DNA from: Paraspadella gotoi
Lineage: Eukaryota; Animalia; Chaetognatha
DNA length: 64,000 nucleotides
Direction of reading: 5' to 3'
Assembly: GCA_051294375.1 (NCBI GenBank)
Contig: CM119263.1
Span: 22,842,833-22,906,832, forward strand
Each line of letters opens with the position of its first letter. The stretch's first letter is position 1. The position numbers were made by a program, and so were the translations under genes. Shown one piece after another: positions 1 through 12,999 of this stretch. The notes below the pieces were generated by a model. It saw nothing but the letters and a program-made list of their open reading frames with translations, was not told the DNA's origin and made no database searches.

Positions 1-837
1 AATCTCAAGTTTCGCTTTAATCGGACCTCACATTGTGGAGAAATCTTAGGAAAACCGATTCTGACTTCCTCTTACAAACTTATAATTTTGCTAGTTAATT
101 TTTTTTCTTAAACGAGCGAAGGGAATCCACAACTTTCTGTTATTTTAAAATTTCTGGGTAAAAAATATAATAAATTACATTAACATTGGGATATTATGAA
201 AGTGTAATATCTTATGAAGCCTGCGAGAGTTAAATAATTTAAAAAAATGCTTATTTTATTATTGAAAAATAACATCAAAGTGAAGAAGTTGAATGGCTTC
301 CGGCTCCTTTCAGTAAACATCCCTGTTCTCTTCAATAAGATAATATTTACTTTTTGCTAGTAGAAAAGAAGGTTAAATACTTAGGCTGTGATGGGGTAAA
401 TAATATTTTGTAGAATTTTGTAAGCATGCTTGTAAAATCAGACAAACAAATATTTAAGTGACAAAAAATTCACATTTTCTTTATCCAAAAAACTTTAAAA
501 TTTTACTAGAGTACAATTTAGCCTTTTTTCTTTCAGAATCATTAAAAAGAATTAAATTTTCATTTATTCTTATGGGGTATCATTAGTTTTAAAATTCATT
601 ATAATTTTGACTTAGTTTGACACTCACCCTGTAAGAAGGTTTCAGCATGAGTGATTCTAAAATTGTATCTTGTATGTGCCCTCTGATTATGGCTTCATTT
701 TGGTACTATTGCCATCCCTTTATCTTTATTCCTTCAAAAGATATTAGGAAAAATCAGTTTTTTCTCAACCTTCCTTTTAATTTCTTTTTAAATAAAAATT
801 TTGTGATTCAAACCGGACTATTTCATTTAAACCTGAT

Positions 838-1685
838 CATTTTATGTCAAAATCATTATAAAATGAAAAATAGAAAAATAGGACAAGCTCTTCAGACACA
901 AAGCTATCAGAATCGCAAAATTCGAAGTTGCTCATGTAACAGGAACATATAGCAATCCCGTTTGCAATTTTAAGTTTGTAAACTTTCCCTTTCATTTCTA
1001 TAGTAAAAATGAGGTTTGAAAATTCTCCGGAAATGAGTAGTGCATTTCCCCTGGCTTGTTTGATATTAAATCCTTTATCAAATGCCATAAAATGAATAGG
1101 ACAAGCTCTTCAGATGTAACGCTATCGGAATCGTGTGTTTTTACAAGTGTTTTTTAACCGAATTTCTGGCAAACGCGTTTGCAATTTGGGTAGTCAGATT
1201 TGAACGGAATTCTCTATTAGTAATAGTATTAGAAAAAATGTAAAATTTTTTTTAAGCAAGATTCTCGTCTATTTTATGTCAAAATCATTATAAAATGAAA
1301 AAAGAAAAATAGGACAAGCTCTTCAGACACAAAGATATCAGAATCGCGAAATTCGAAGTCGCTCATGTAACAGGAACATATAGCAATCCCGTTTGCAATT
1401 TTAAGTTGTCAACTTTCATTTCTATAGTAAAAATGAGGTTTGAAAATTCTCTGAAGATGAGGAGTGCATTTTCCCTGGCTTGTTTGATATCAAATCCTTC
1501 ATCAAATGTGATAAAACGAATAGGACAAGCTCTTCAGATGTAACGCTATCGGAATCTTGCGTTTTTACAACTGATTTCTACCCGAATTTCTAGCAATCGT
1601 GTTTGCAATTTGGGTAGTCAGATTTGAACGGAACTCTCTATTAAAAAAATGTTGAATCTTTTTTAAATCGAGATTCTCGTCTAGT
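838..1685. repeat. Two diverged direct copies of a ~430-bp unit, probably the internal part of a non-autonomous DNA transposon
   Basis: ATTTTATGTCAAAATCATTATAAAATGAAAAA...GGTAGTCAGATTTGAACGGAA starts at ~839 and again at 1271. Shared motifs (GAACAGGAACATA-like, GGCTTGTTTGATATC, GGTAGTCAGATTTGAA) link it to the elements at 18598-19319 and 20562-21279. Confidence 0.7.
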
Positions 1686-1893
1686 TTATGGCTTCTGAAC
1701 TCTTTTTGCGATAAAATTCGGGTTTCAGCCTAAGTGATATGTGATATGATAACATTTGAAAAACTTTATTCCTTCGGGTGAGCGAAAACCTTCTTTTCTC
1801 CTTTCTAAATATGGAAAGTCAATAATTTTGCTTCGCAGACGTCGGAGTTAACTTCACAACATCGCAATCTCTGGAGAATTTAAAACGTTGACC

Positions 1894-1937
<44 letters not shown>

Positions 1938-2282
1938 GAGAACGATGAAAAATGAATGAGTTGTTATGTCGGTCTAAAAATAAACAAAAAAAGTCGAAGA
2001 GAAATAATTTAAAGGGGGAAAATCTATGGTTCCAACAAACGAGGAATGTTTTGTTCAAATTAGATTAGAAAATGTCCAAAGATAAATTCCAGCAAAGAAA
2101 AAAAAAGTCTCCGCCTCTGTCGTCTCTTTTTTTCTCATTTTCGCTTTCTTTGTGATCGTCTCCCTCTCTCTCCTCTCTTTCACTTCTCTTTCGATCAATG
2201 TTTTGGTTTCAGCTCAACTGAGAAAAACAGAATAAAAACTGGTTTATGCAAGGAAAAGAGGGGAATCACGATAAGAGTCACT

Positions 2283-2346
<64 letters not shown>

Positions 2347-2844
2347 TTCTTTCTTTCTCTTTCCCATCGTTTTATCGTTCCATCGTTTTGTTGCTGACGT
2401 CATGAGCTTATGAAAAAAAAAAAATTTTGAAGTTGAAACCGATTCTAATATTTGAGAAGCTTTAATGTATAATATAAATTTCATACATACTACAATCTCA
2501 TCAAAGATAGAATTGGAACCAAAAATAGAATCGGATCCGCGCTTGTTCACACTCTGAAATAAATTCCACTATGGTTTCATGTTAAAATCCCTGTCTACAT
2601 ACTTAAATGATCTAGTGATGGTAGCTCAGAATAAATAAAGGGAGTGGTGATAGCGAGGAAAAAACAGAAAAGGGGGAAAAAGAGAGAGGCGTTCCTTTAG
2701 TCATCTTTCTATCCATGAATATTAGATGCGTTTGGAAGTTGAAGCTGGCAGCCACTATTTTATTTTTGCAGACGGAGAAAATGGAAAGTTGGACGAAAGA
2801 ATGGAGAAGAAAAATCTTAAAAGAATAGGATCGAGCCTTCCTTC

Positions 2845-3135
2845 AATGATAACCAAATATTGATGCGATGATAACCAAAGGATTGATGCGATGATAACCA
2901 AATGATTGAAGCGATGATAACAAATAATTGATGCGATGATAACCAAATGATCGATGTGATGATAACCAAATGATTGATGTGATGATAACCAAATGATTGA
3001 TGCGATGATAGTCATTCATTGATGTGATGATAATCATTCATTGATACGATGATAGTCATTCATTGATGCGATGATAGTCATTCATTGACGTAGTAAATCA
3101 TTCATCATAAATTAAACAAACAAATGCGTGTATGA
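2845..3135. repeat. ~20-23-bp minisatellite family (TGATGCGATGATAACCAAATGAT / TGATGCGATGATAGTCATTCAT)
   Basis: Tandem units are visible. The same array followed by the same CAAACAAATGCG-like tail recurs at ~24950-25127 and ~43130-43665, with a degenerate copy at ~39790-39960. Confidence 0.85.
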
Positions 3136-3340
3136 GTGAAAGAGAGAGAGAGAGAGAGAGAAAGAAAGAGAGAGAAAGAAAGAGAGAGAGAAAGAAAGAG
3201 AATAAATCCACGAAAATCTCGGATGTAAATTTGGGATTTTTCATTGAGAAAAAAGCGCGGAATAAATGGCGATAATAAAAGTTTTTAAAAGGAAAAAAAA
3301 TCAATTTTTTTTAAAAAAACGATCAAGCAAGAGATCGTAC

Positions 3341-3375
<35 letters not shown>

Positions 3376-3493
3376 GAAAGGGGATATTTTTAAAATAATT
3401 TGTAATGTGGTATTCCTTTCGTTTCGTTGTGTTTTGGTGGTTTTAGCGAAAACAAATTTAGAGTTTGTACTACAACGAATTTTTATTTGACAT

Positions 3494-3537
3494 AAACAGA
3501 CATGTTTCGGCTCTTGTTCAAGCCTTCATCAGTGTTT
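3494..3537 (-). ncRNA. Minimal type I hammerhead ribozyme (Penelope-like element type)
   Basis: The minus strand reads AAACA-CUGAUGA-A-GGCU(UGAACAAG)AGCC-GAAA-CAUG-UC-UGUUU. The core is intact, helix I is AAACA/UGUUU, helix II is GGCU/AGCC and helix III is the palindrome ACAUGU. Predicted cut between 3499 and 3498, with AATAAA just downstream. Confidence 0.85.
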
Positions 3538-4360
3538 GACAGACTATCAAAAACTTTTGCAAAAGTAAATGTGTGAGAGAGAGAGAGAGAGAGAGACAGA
3601 GTTAAAGTTTCCAACAAAGTGGTGAGACAGAATAGTGGTCAGAGGTGAGGACAGGTGAAGGCAAGGACAGATTGAGTGAGTTTTTGAAGAAGAAAGTGAA
3701 ATGGTCAGAACAAGAGAGAGTGAGAGAGAGAGAGGTAATATGATACATTTGTGCAATGTACAACAAAGATATAAGTTTTAAAGTGGAAATAACAATTAGC
3801 TAAATAATAAATTAAATTAAATAAATTTAGATTTATTTGTTTTTATAGTTTTATTAGTTGGACTAGTTATTATTCTTGTTAAATCTTAAAAAACCGCATC
3901 ATTTTGCGTTATCAGGACATTTTTTTAATCATTTTTTCCGCGTGTCGACACGATTTTGCGGAAAATTATTCCGCAAAATCTGTCGACTTTACTAAATCTG
4001 CTAAGCAACCCAAATCGAAAAAAAATAGCGATTTACCGAATTATTTGGAGCATAAACTAAAGAAAAAAAAATATGATCAAAAAAGGTGACGAAGAAAGAA
4101 GAAAAGAGAGAGAAGAAAGATTATGGGCAACATTGCGATACAGAAAGAAAGTAAAAAAGAGAGAAAGAAAGAGAGAGAGAAAGAAAAGAGAGAGAGAAGA
4201 GAGAAACCAAAAGAGAAAAAAATAGAAAAGAGAAAAAAAAAGAGAGAATGAAGGAGAGAAAGAGAGAAAGATAGAAAAGGAGAAAGAAAGAAAAAAAAGA
4301 ACGAGAGACAGAAAGAAAAAAGAAAGAAAGAAGAAAGAAAGAAAGAGAGGAGAGAGAGAC

Positions 4361-4421
<61 letters not shown>

Positions 4422-5815
4422 AAGAATGAAGGAGAAAAGAAAGTTAAGATAATAATGCTTAGTGTTAAGAGATGCCGTTGCTCATCTGTTTATTTTGCTC
4501 ATCATGATTCGTTTTCGACATTTTAATTACTCAAGCCTATCTGTGTGCTACCTTTTCACGTTTCACAGAGAGACCAGTCACAGTGAGACTTCAGCCCTCC
4601 CAAAACGGCCTTTTTACGGGGAAATGAGGCACGTTGTCACTCAGTCACGTTTTGTCACCACTTGTAGCAGATCATGACAACTTGTCACGGGCAATAAATG
4701 GATTTGTGGACAACTGACGGAGGCGGGTGACAAAGGGGCTGACACCCTCACCGACAAAGGGTCTCGGCGTCACTCGCGCCCACTTCCGGCAGTCTCCCCA
4801 GTAATGGCGCGACGGGTCATAAGACGAGATACGCCTGGCAAGGCAGGCTGACTACTAGTTCCTCGATACTTAGATTTAAAGGAAAAAAATCGCTGATTCT
4901 AACTAAGTCGTGAGTGTCTACGCTCGATTTCTTTCTCGCGAAAAGCTTAAAAATTTTCCTTTTTTTTAAGATAATTTTATAACGCCGATTTTATAACGCA
5001 ATAGTTAAAATAGATTTTTTCTGCTCAATTAGTTCAAAAACTCTGAAAGAACTTTTGTCGTAGCGAATTTTGAAGTCTTAGAATAAGCAACAGTGCGTTG
5101 TGCTTAATGACAGAGAGATAACTATTCCAAACCGATTTTTAAAATCAAGAATGACCCGAAGAATTAAATGAAACCCTAGAAAGTAGTAATTTTATTAGTT
5201 TGAAATCAATAGTTTAAGAAAGGCTTTTCGTAGACACTGCCTTGTATGTTATGATAGGGATACATACTGGGGAAAGGTCTATAGGGGCATGAATATAATT
5301 TTAAAATACTTTAATGAAAATTATATTTTTTCTTTATCCTACTTTTTCTTTTTTTCTTTTTTGATTATGTTTTATTTTTTATTTTTATAAAATTAGAAAT
5401 ATATAATTCAGAAAAGTCGACAAAATAGACGAGATGCAAACGTCACGGTTAATAGGAGAATCGGCCGTGGCGTTGCACATTTGTTCAAAGACTCTTCAAG
5501 TCTTTGCGACCTCTATTAAAGCTTGAAAAGAAGCTCGAACGACAAAAGAGCAGTCAAGGTCCCGAACAATTTGCTATTGCGATATCTGTTATTCAGTTGT
5601 TAATATTAATATTAATATATAATATATCTGCCAATTGTAAAAAAACAATGGTAAATGACCAATTTTCTTCGAACCGATTTCGTAAATTTAAACATGAAAC
5701 GTTAATTTTAATTAACGTTAAATACGCAATGGAACGATCTTTGTTCTATAAACTTTTTCAATACAATATAACTTTGTGTATTATATGTAATGTTTATTTT
5801 TTTGGTGTTACTCAC

Positions 5816-6123
5816 CTGTAGGAGCTTTTCTTCCTCAGCATAAACTTGGGCGCGTCGAGGGTTCGGGGCGACGCGCAGATCCGAGGTGAAGCGCCGTTTC
5901 TTGGTGCCGCCCCGTGGCGCGGTGAGAGACACCCCCGCGGGGAGTGACATCCCCGCGGGGAGTTGCACGACCGAGCCGAGGGGTGGTTACCCTCGTGATA
6001 AAACCTCTTGGGCGATGAACCGTACCGGATTCCGGTTGGAGACCTGAGGGTTTGCAAGGTGGGGGTTGCGGGTTGGAAGATGGAACAAGATGAATGATCT
6101 TTGCGAGCGTGCTTGTAAATCAT
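5816..6123 (-). CDS. Possible coding exon of an unidentified gene, low-complexity with SPR repeats
   Basis: GC-rich ORF in AT-rich DNA, from ATG at 6123 to a consensus donor CAG|GTGAGT at 5816/5815. Candidate acceptors lie at ~6186 and ~6210. No domain recognised and no downstream exons confirmed. Confidence 0.35.
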
Positions 6124-7109
6124 TAGGTTTCGGATTTGAGGCTGGAGGCTAGTGGCTAGTGGCTAACTATCAATCGTTTGGGCCACCTGGGAAGTATTTT
6201 TTTCCTTTCCTAGAATAAATAAAGTTTAAGCCATTTGTTTCGCAAAAACTAAAGAGAAAAAACACCTTCATTTAAGTGAGGTTCTCACCTTTGCTCTGCC
6301 AGATGTCACCTCTGGCTGCAAAAGACAGAATTAATATTCTTTTGGTGATTTTTTTTTAGAGGGTAAAGATTCATAGAAACCTACAACAAATATAACGTTT
6401 TTTGATGATTAAGAAAGACAGATGAAAAAAAAGAGAGAGAGAGAGAGAAAAAATTAATAGCGAGAGAAAGATATTGGCAAAAAGCTTAGCCCTTTCTTTT
6501 ATATGTCTTCGCCATTTTTTTTTACTTCTTACTCTTAGCCATTTATATTCCTTTCATTTCTCTCTCCTTTCATTTTCTCTCCTGTCCTTTTTACTTCACT
6601 TTCTTAAATTCGGTTCTGTCTTCATCAAGAGTATCTCTCACTTTTTTTTATTTTCTTCTTCGTATATTCTTCTAATATCTCTTCTACTTTTTTCCACATT
6701 CCTTTTTTTTTCGGTTCCTCCTCAGCATATTTCCTTTTTATACATTATTTTACCCCGATTCTTTCTTTTCTTTCTTTTTTTCTTTCCATCTGTTTTCATC
6801 TTTTTCTTTTTATCGATTCCTTTTTCCTCTTCAATTCATTTTTGTTTTTCATCTCAATTTTTTCTCTTTCGTTATTTCTTTATTTTCACCTCTCTTACTA
6901 TTCTCTCGACTCCTTATCTATTTTCTAGCTTTTCCTCTCTCTTATCTCAACCCACGTGTTATCTTTGAAATATCCTCTCTTTAGCGATTTTTCTCTCTTT
7001 TATTTCTCTCTTTCGTCGCGAGACGAGTGCAGCTTCAATAGCGTTCACCTTCTGCGTTCAATCGAAAAACGCTTTTCTCACTCTTTTCTGTTTACTTTCT
7101 TTCTTTCTT

Positions 7110-7219
<110 letters not shown>

Positions 7220-7587
7220 TTCTCTTCTCATTCCCTTTTTCTTCCCTTCTCGCTTTCTCTCCCTTTGGCCAATCTTTCCCAATCTTTTTTTCATTAAAGA
7301 CCAAACATTGACCTTCGGTCGCCATCCACTTTGGGCGTCGCCATTTTTTCCCCTCGGTTCCGTTTTATTTCTTTTTCCCACCACCAGGTGACTCGGCCGG
7401 AGCCCCAACGATCGGCAACGAACGCTTGAAAAGCGCCTGGCTTCGTGCTGCCAACTGCGTGCGGTTCCAAAGAGCGAAGACCTAAGACCTGGCGCTCTTC
7501 CGCGGCGGACAAGTGATAGCGGCACTCATAGAGCTCCCTTTTTTGCTCGGCTTTATTATTCAAGTTAGACAAACTTCATTCATAATC

Positions 7588-8602
7588 TTTTATGAAATTG
7601 CGTTACAACAATATAAAAATTATCCATTCATTTAATAAATAAGCTATCTTGCCCCTGACTTTGGACAGGCTTTGGTGGTTTAAGGCCTCCATCACTCTTA
7701 CAAGATAATGACATAGCAGGTCCCTGCAAGTTTTCAATCAAGACTCTTTCACAGTCTCGTTTATTCACTCCCAGAGTACCTGGCTTCCCTATCAATGAAG
7801 TGGAAAATATTTCAAAGAATGTTTCAATTGTATGAAAAGACCACTCCCTTAAGTATTAGATCGGGGAATACTTATTGTACTCCGCACTAGCATCAAAATA
7901 CAAGGAGCTGAATTTTATGAAATTGGTACAACCAATATAAAAATTATCCATTCATTTAATAAATAAGCTATCTTGCCCCTGACTTTGGACAGGCTTTGGT
8001 GGTTTAAGGCCTCCATCACTCTTACAAGATAATGACATAGCAGGTCCCTGCAAGTTTTCAATCAAGACTCTTTCACAGTCTCGTTTATTCACTCCCAGAG
8101 TACCTGGCTTCCCTATCAATGAAGTGGAAAATATTTCAAAGAATGTTTCAATTGTATGAAAAGACCACTCCCTTAAGTATTAGATCGGGGAATACTTATT
8201 GTACTCCGCACTAGCATCAAAATACAAGGAGCTGAATTTTATGAAATTGGTACAACCAATATAAAAATTATCCATTCATTTAATAAATAAGCTATCTTGC
8301 CCCTGACTTTGGACAGGCTTTGGTGGTTTAAGGCCTCCATCACTCTTACAAGATAATGACATAGCAGGTCCCTGCAAGTTTTCAATCAAGACTCTTTCAC
8401 AGTCTCGTTTATTCACTCCCAGAGTACCTGGCTTCCCTATCAATGAAGTGGAAAATATTTCAAAGATGTTTCAATTGTATGAAAAGACCACTCCCTTAAG
8501 TATTAGATCGGGGAATACTTATTGTACTCCGCACTAGCATCAAAATACAAGGAGCTGAATTTTTATGAAATTGGTACAACCAATATAAAAATTATCCATT
8601 CA
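7588..8602 (-). repeat. Tandem array of three near-identical 324-bp units plus a partial unit, each full unit carrying a twister-like ribozyme (non-LTR retrozyme-like)
   Basis: ATGAAATTGG occurs at 7917, 8241 and 8565 (period 324). A dispersed monomer lies in the opposite orientation at 51299-51608. Confidence 0.92.
7645..7707 (-). ncRNA. Type-P5 twister ribozyme candidate, array unit 1 (identical copies at 7969-8031 and 8293-8355)
   Basis: The minus strand reads UAUCUUGU-AA-GAGU-GA-UGG-AGGCCU-U^AA-ACC-AC-CAAAG-CCUG-U-CCA-AA-GU-CAGG-G-GCAAGAUA. P5, P2 and P4 form, and both pseudoknots pair (CCA/UGG and AC/GU). Predicted cut at 7682/7681. Confidence 0.75.
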
Positions 8603-10730
8603 TGTTATTATGTTTTTTTTTTTATTTTTAGAATCTCCATTTTTTTATATATGCTGTTTTTTAAAGCCTTATCTCGTTTTCTTACTATTCCTGGATTATT
8701 TCATCAAAAATTAACGCGTTATGAAGGCGTTGTTTTTCTTATTTGCTCTTTTTTCTTCTCTTAGGTTTTTTTCTCACGTTTCCTTTATATCTTTCCCCCT
8801 GTTTTGACGCTAGTTTCCCCCCAAAAAAAATATCCGGTTGAGGACTGAGCAGATCATAGATCTCATGGGTGCATCGAATTCTTGAAAGCGATTTCTTTTT
8901 TGAGCCCCTTTAAAGCGAAAACCACTTTCGTGCGCCCTCGCGAAAGCGATTTGTGTTGTGAGTGCGACGACTTCCCTTTTTCAACCGCGAGGATAATTTT
9001 CTTCCGATGCTAATTAAGGGAACGTGAAGGGAAAAGCAGGGAAGGAAAAGGAGAAAAAGAAAAGGAATACAAAAAGGAAAAGGAAAGAAAGAGCAATGGG
9101 TTCCGATTACCTTCCCGGTTCGTCGTCGAGTTACCCCAATTTCGGGTTATAAAGTTAATCCGCGTTAATCAGGCGAAAGGATCGAGGAGATTAACTTCTT
9201 TTTCTCTATTATTTTTCGATTAATGTTTTTTTCGATGCTGCGAATTTTTTCGATATTACTTTTCGATATCCGAGTTTTCATCATGGAAGGTCGTTGTTTC
9301 TACCGCATCTACGGTTGATGACTTTTCGAGAACCGTCGAGAAGATGGCTTAGCAATAAAAGTCAACGTTTCAAGCTCTCAAACACTCTTGAGAAATACAA
9401 GGCTTTGTTTTCAATTTTACCGAGCATCTGGAGAGAACACGGGCCGTATACAACACGCTTTTCTCTGCAAAGTGTCACGTGATTATGTATCTTTCATTTG
9501 TTTGGTTATTATTTGGGTCTATCTATATTCTCTAACTCCCCGCTCTCCTTCCATACCCCAGTTTCGGAATTTCCTTACCTTCCCTACCCCGCCTCTTTCC
9601 TCTAGTCAACGAATCACTCTCTTCAAGCTTCAGCCCGAAAAAAAAGACGAGACCTTACCTTCTCCCCGAAGGTCGCCGCGACTGCTGAGGTAAATTGGCG
9701 TTGGCGAGAAAGTTGGGGGTGAGGCTTCGGGGTGAGGGGCTGCAGTCGAACTCGAGGGAATCCTCGTCATCGTCTTCTTGGCCCGAATCGCTAGAGGGGG
9801 GGGGTGAGACAAGAGGGAGAAGAGGAAATCGAATGAGGAATTGAGGACGGAAGGGGAGGACCGTCGGAGGAGGAGATGGGGAGAAGAGATGGTACGTGGA
9901 GATGGGAGATTTGAAGGTGGGTTCGGGTGGGGAGAAGAGATGGTGTTTGCAGATCGGAAGGTTTGAAGGTGGGTGCAGATGTAGAGACGAGATGGTATGT
10001 GCAGATGGGGAGGTTTGAAGGTGAGGGCAGATGGGGCGGAGAGGAAGGGCGCCGAAGAAAGAAGAACCTTTTTAACAAAGCGATCTTGACCCGGAAAAAT
10101 AAACTGCAAGACCTTTGAACAACAAAAACAACTTAAACTTAACTAAAAAGTTTACAAGTCGGTGATCTCGGCGTCAGGAATAGATTTTAAAATCTTACCA
10201 TTGTCTAACGGCGTCATCACGAATTAACTTTAGCAAGTTTTATTGGTTCTTTCAGCCGGTGACAGAATACTTCTTTTCTTCTGTTTCGTATACTTTTCTT
10301 TTCTTTTTTCTATTTTCTTCCCTTGTTGTGGGTAACAAGGTTAACAAGGGGGTTATTATTATAACCACTAGTTAATAAAGATGACAAAACGTCATAACAT
10401 GAACGTCGTGCCCAACACAAATTATAACCATTGAATAAATTACTTGATTATGAAAATTACATTGACGAACAATATCTTATTAGGCTTATTATTCCACTCT
10501 TAGTTTTTCTCTTCTCTTCTTGTCTTCTACTCTCCTTTTCAGAGACACAATGAATTATACTTTTCTTCCTCACTCTCTCTTTTCCGGACGTGTGTTCATC
10601 ATTATAACCCTAGTAATGTCTCAGATTGAAAGGAGAAATTACCGAAGTGATTTAACGCCTATTATAGAATTCTCATCACCGATAAAAGCGATTTGATTTT
10701 GATCACATATCAGTTTTATCACATATGTAC

Positions 10731-11339
10731 TAAGGCGTAGTAAAATTTCTAAATTTAACTTTAATTAAAATTCTGAAAGTGAGGAACGAACAACATTATA
10801 CTAATGAACATTTATGTAATAAAAAATTTTTAATAAATTTTACAATTTACGCAGTAGGCCATATTTATACTAGTACTAAACCAATAAATGTTAAAATTTC
10901 AAAACAGTTTTTTCTAAGATTTTTTTGCAGATTTGGATTTGTCATAAAAAGTTGGTAAAAAGAAATATAACTTTTTTTGAAAAATTCGTTCATTAAGTGG
11001 GTCAAAAATTAGAAAAAGCTATATTTTGAGCTGAAAATTAATTTTTTATATATTAAATATAGTTTTTTTAATTTTTAACCCACTTAATGAAAGAATTTTT
11101 AAAAATGATTTATATTTTCCTTTATCAACTTTTGACGAGGAATTCAAATCTGCAATCAAAATTAAGAAAAGCTTATTTTGAAATTTTTCGATTTTATAAG
11201 GATAGTACTATATATAAATATATATATATATATATAAAAAACATAAAATTAATTTTTTTTTACAAATTAATGTTCACTGATGGTATGTTGTTCATAATTA
11301 ACTTTTAGAATTTTCGTATGTAACTTTCACTACGCCTTA
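10731..11339. mobile_element. Non-autonomous hAT transposon (MITE), 609 bp
   Basis: TIRs TAAGGCGTAGT...ACTACGCCTTA and a perfect 8-bp TSD ATATGTAC (10723-10730 / 11340-11347). A second, inverted copy is at 27293-27902. Confidence 0.92.
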
Positions 11340-11729
11340 ATATGTACATATAAAAAGTTTGAACAAACAATGTCAGATCTGCCCACGATCATTAGCGGTA
11401 ATTAATTAATTAATTAATACTATATAAACTAAAATAAAAATTTAATTAATAAATTAATTAATTTGATCTGAAATGTTTGTTTTTACGTCTTTTCACCACT
11501 GACCACGACAAAAGCAACAACGACAATGATGGCGATGATGATTGAATAATTAATTAAATTATAAATAAACTGATTGATTGATTAATTGATTAATTAATTA
11601 ATTGATTGATTGATTAATTGCCGGATTAATTAAATATTTATTAATTAACTGACTAATTGATTAATTAACTGATTAATTATTTGATTAATTACTACATCTT
11701 ACATTTACAAAAAGAAAAAGAAGCATAAT

Positions 11730-12230
11730 CAATTAGTGAAACAGGTTTTTTAGTTTTTTTCCATTTAAACTCATTTCCAATCAGACAATTCTAACGAAAC
11801 ATGATTTCCAGCTTAATCACACACCTTCCTACCCTCATACAAATTTCAAGTCAATCGCCCCATCCACTTATGAGTAATTGGCGTTCAAATAGTGAAATAG
11901 ACTTTTTGGTTTTTTTCCATTTCAACTCATTTCCACTCGCCCGATTCAATCGAAACTTCAAATCCAGCTCAATCACACACTTACCTACCCACACACAAAG
12001 TTTCATTCCAATCCATCCATCCAATCACGAGCAATTGGAGTTTTTTTTTGCTAAGGTGGGACGGACGGACAGACGGACGGACGGACATCGTTTTTTTTGG
12101 CATAATTTATTATAATTAAATGTTCTGACATGATATAAGTGAATGCCCGACAATATTGAGGGGAAGGACCAACGGACCGACAAAGTGAATTTAACAGTCG
12201 GGATCTGCTGATAAGCAAATCCGACTAAAA
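11730..12230. mobile_element. Helentron/HINE-like (DINE-1/pearl-like) non-autonomous element
   Basis: Internal tandem units, a (GACG/GACA)n microsatellite and a terminal hairpin AGTCGGGA...TCCGACT followed by AAAA. Related pieces at ~40060-40390, ~32690-32900 (inverted), ~36960-37030 and ~45330-45400. Boundaries approximate. Confidence 0.5.
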
Positions 12231-12852
12231 ACTAGCAATTGTCTCACGGCATGACTCACTACTTCTTAAGTGGTTTTTTGGTCGGCGTTAACTCTGGTTA
12301 TTAAAAACCGTACGCACCACCAACTCTCCCGGGTGATTAGTCTTTAATCACAGCCATTTCTACCCCCTCTCCCCCTTGGTGATTTGAGCGACGCGAGTTT
12401 CATCTCTTTTTTTTCCTAGAATCATAAAAATCTATTTCGCTCCAATTTTTCCCCCAACGGCCAACGGGTAGCCATAGCCGATGAAATTTAAATGCTCATT
12501 GGTCCATTCACGATGACAGTTCAAACAATCAGAGAGTCCTTGGTTGATTTCATCCGAGTCGCCGATCCAGTTTGATTCCTCTTTAATTCCGATTTGATTT
12601 CGATTCTTGATTCCGATTCCACCTTCGATGGTATACAGCGTTAAAATAATCTTTCATGACTATAGATTATGGTATTCAAATATTTTTTGTCAAAATGCTT
12701 TCTCCTGAGGGTACTAGCCTAATTAAAAATATTATGACAATTTTCAAATTACTTGTTTCACTATTTTCTATTTTTATATTTTATGAAGGATTTACTTTTA
12801 AATCTTAGGCATTATAATTCTTTCGTTTCGTTGTGGTTGAGATTTAGAGAAA

Positions 12853-12999
12853 AGTTTGAAATGAATTCAACAACAATTTATTTGAAACATTAATAACGGA
12901 CACGTTTCGGCTCTTGTTCTTGATGAAGACTTGAACAAGAGCCGAAACATGTCAGTTATTAATGTTTCAAATAAATCGTTGTTAAATTCATTTCAAACT
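12853..12999. repeat. Inverted duplication of a hammerhead-bearing Penelope-like terminal segment
   Basis: Arms 12853-12919 and 12933-12999 are reverse complements. The plus strand has a degenerate core TTGATGA-AGACTTGAACAAGAGCC-GAAACATGTC. Confidence 0.75.

Noticed and set aside
4832-4859. Helitron 3' end (GCCTG/CAGGC hairpin then CTAG|T)
   Set aside because: The motif is short, with no 5' TC end or second copy identified.
7588-8602. CRISPR array or simple satellite
   Set aside because: The units are contiguous with no unique spacers, the context is eukaryotic, and a dispersed monomer and a ribozyme motif explain it better.
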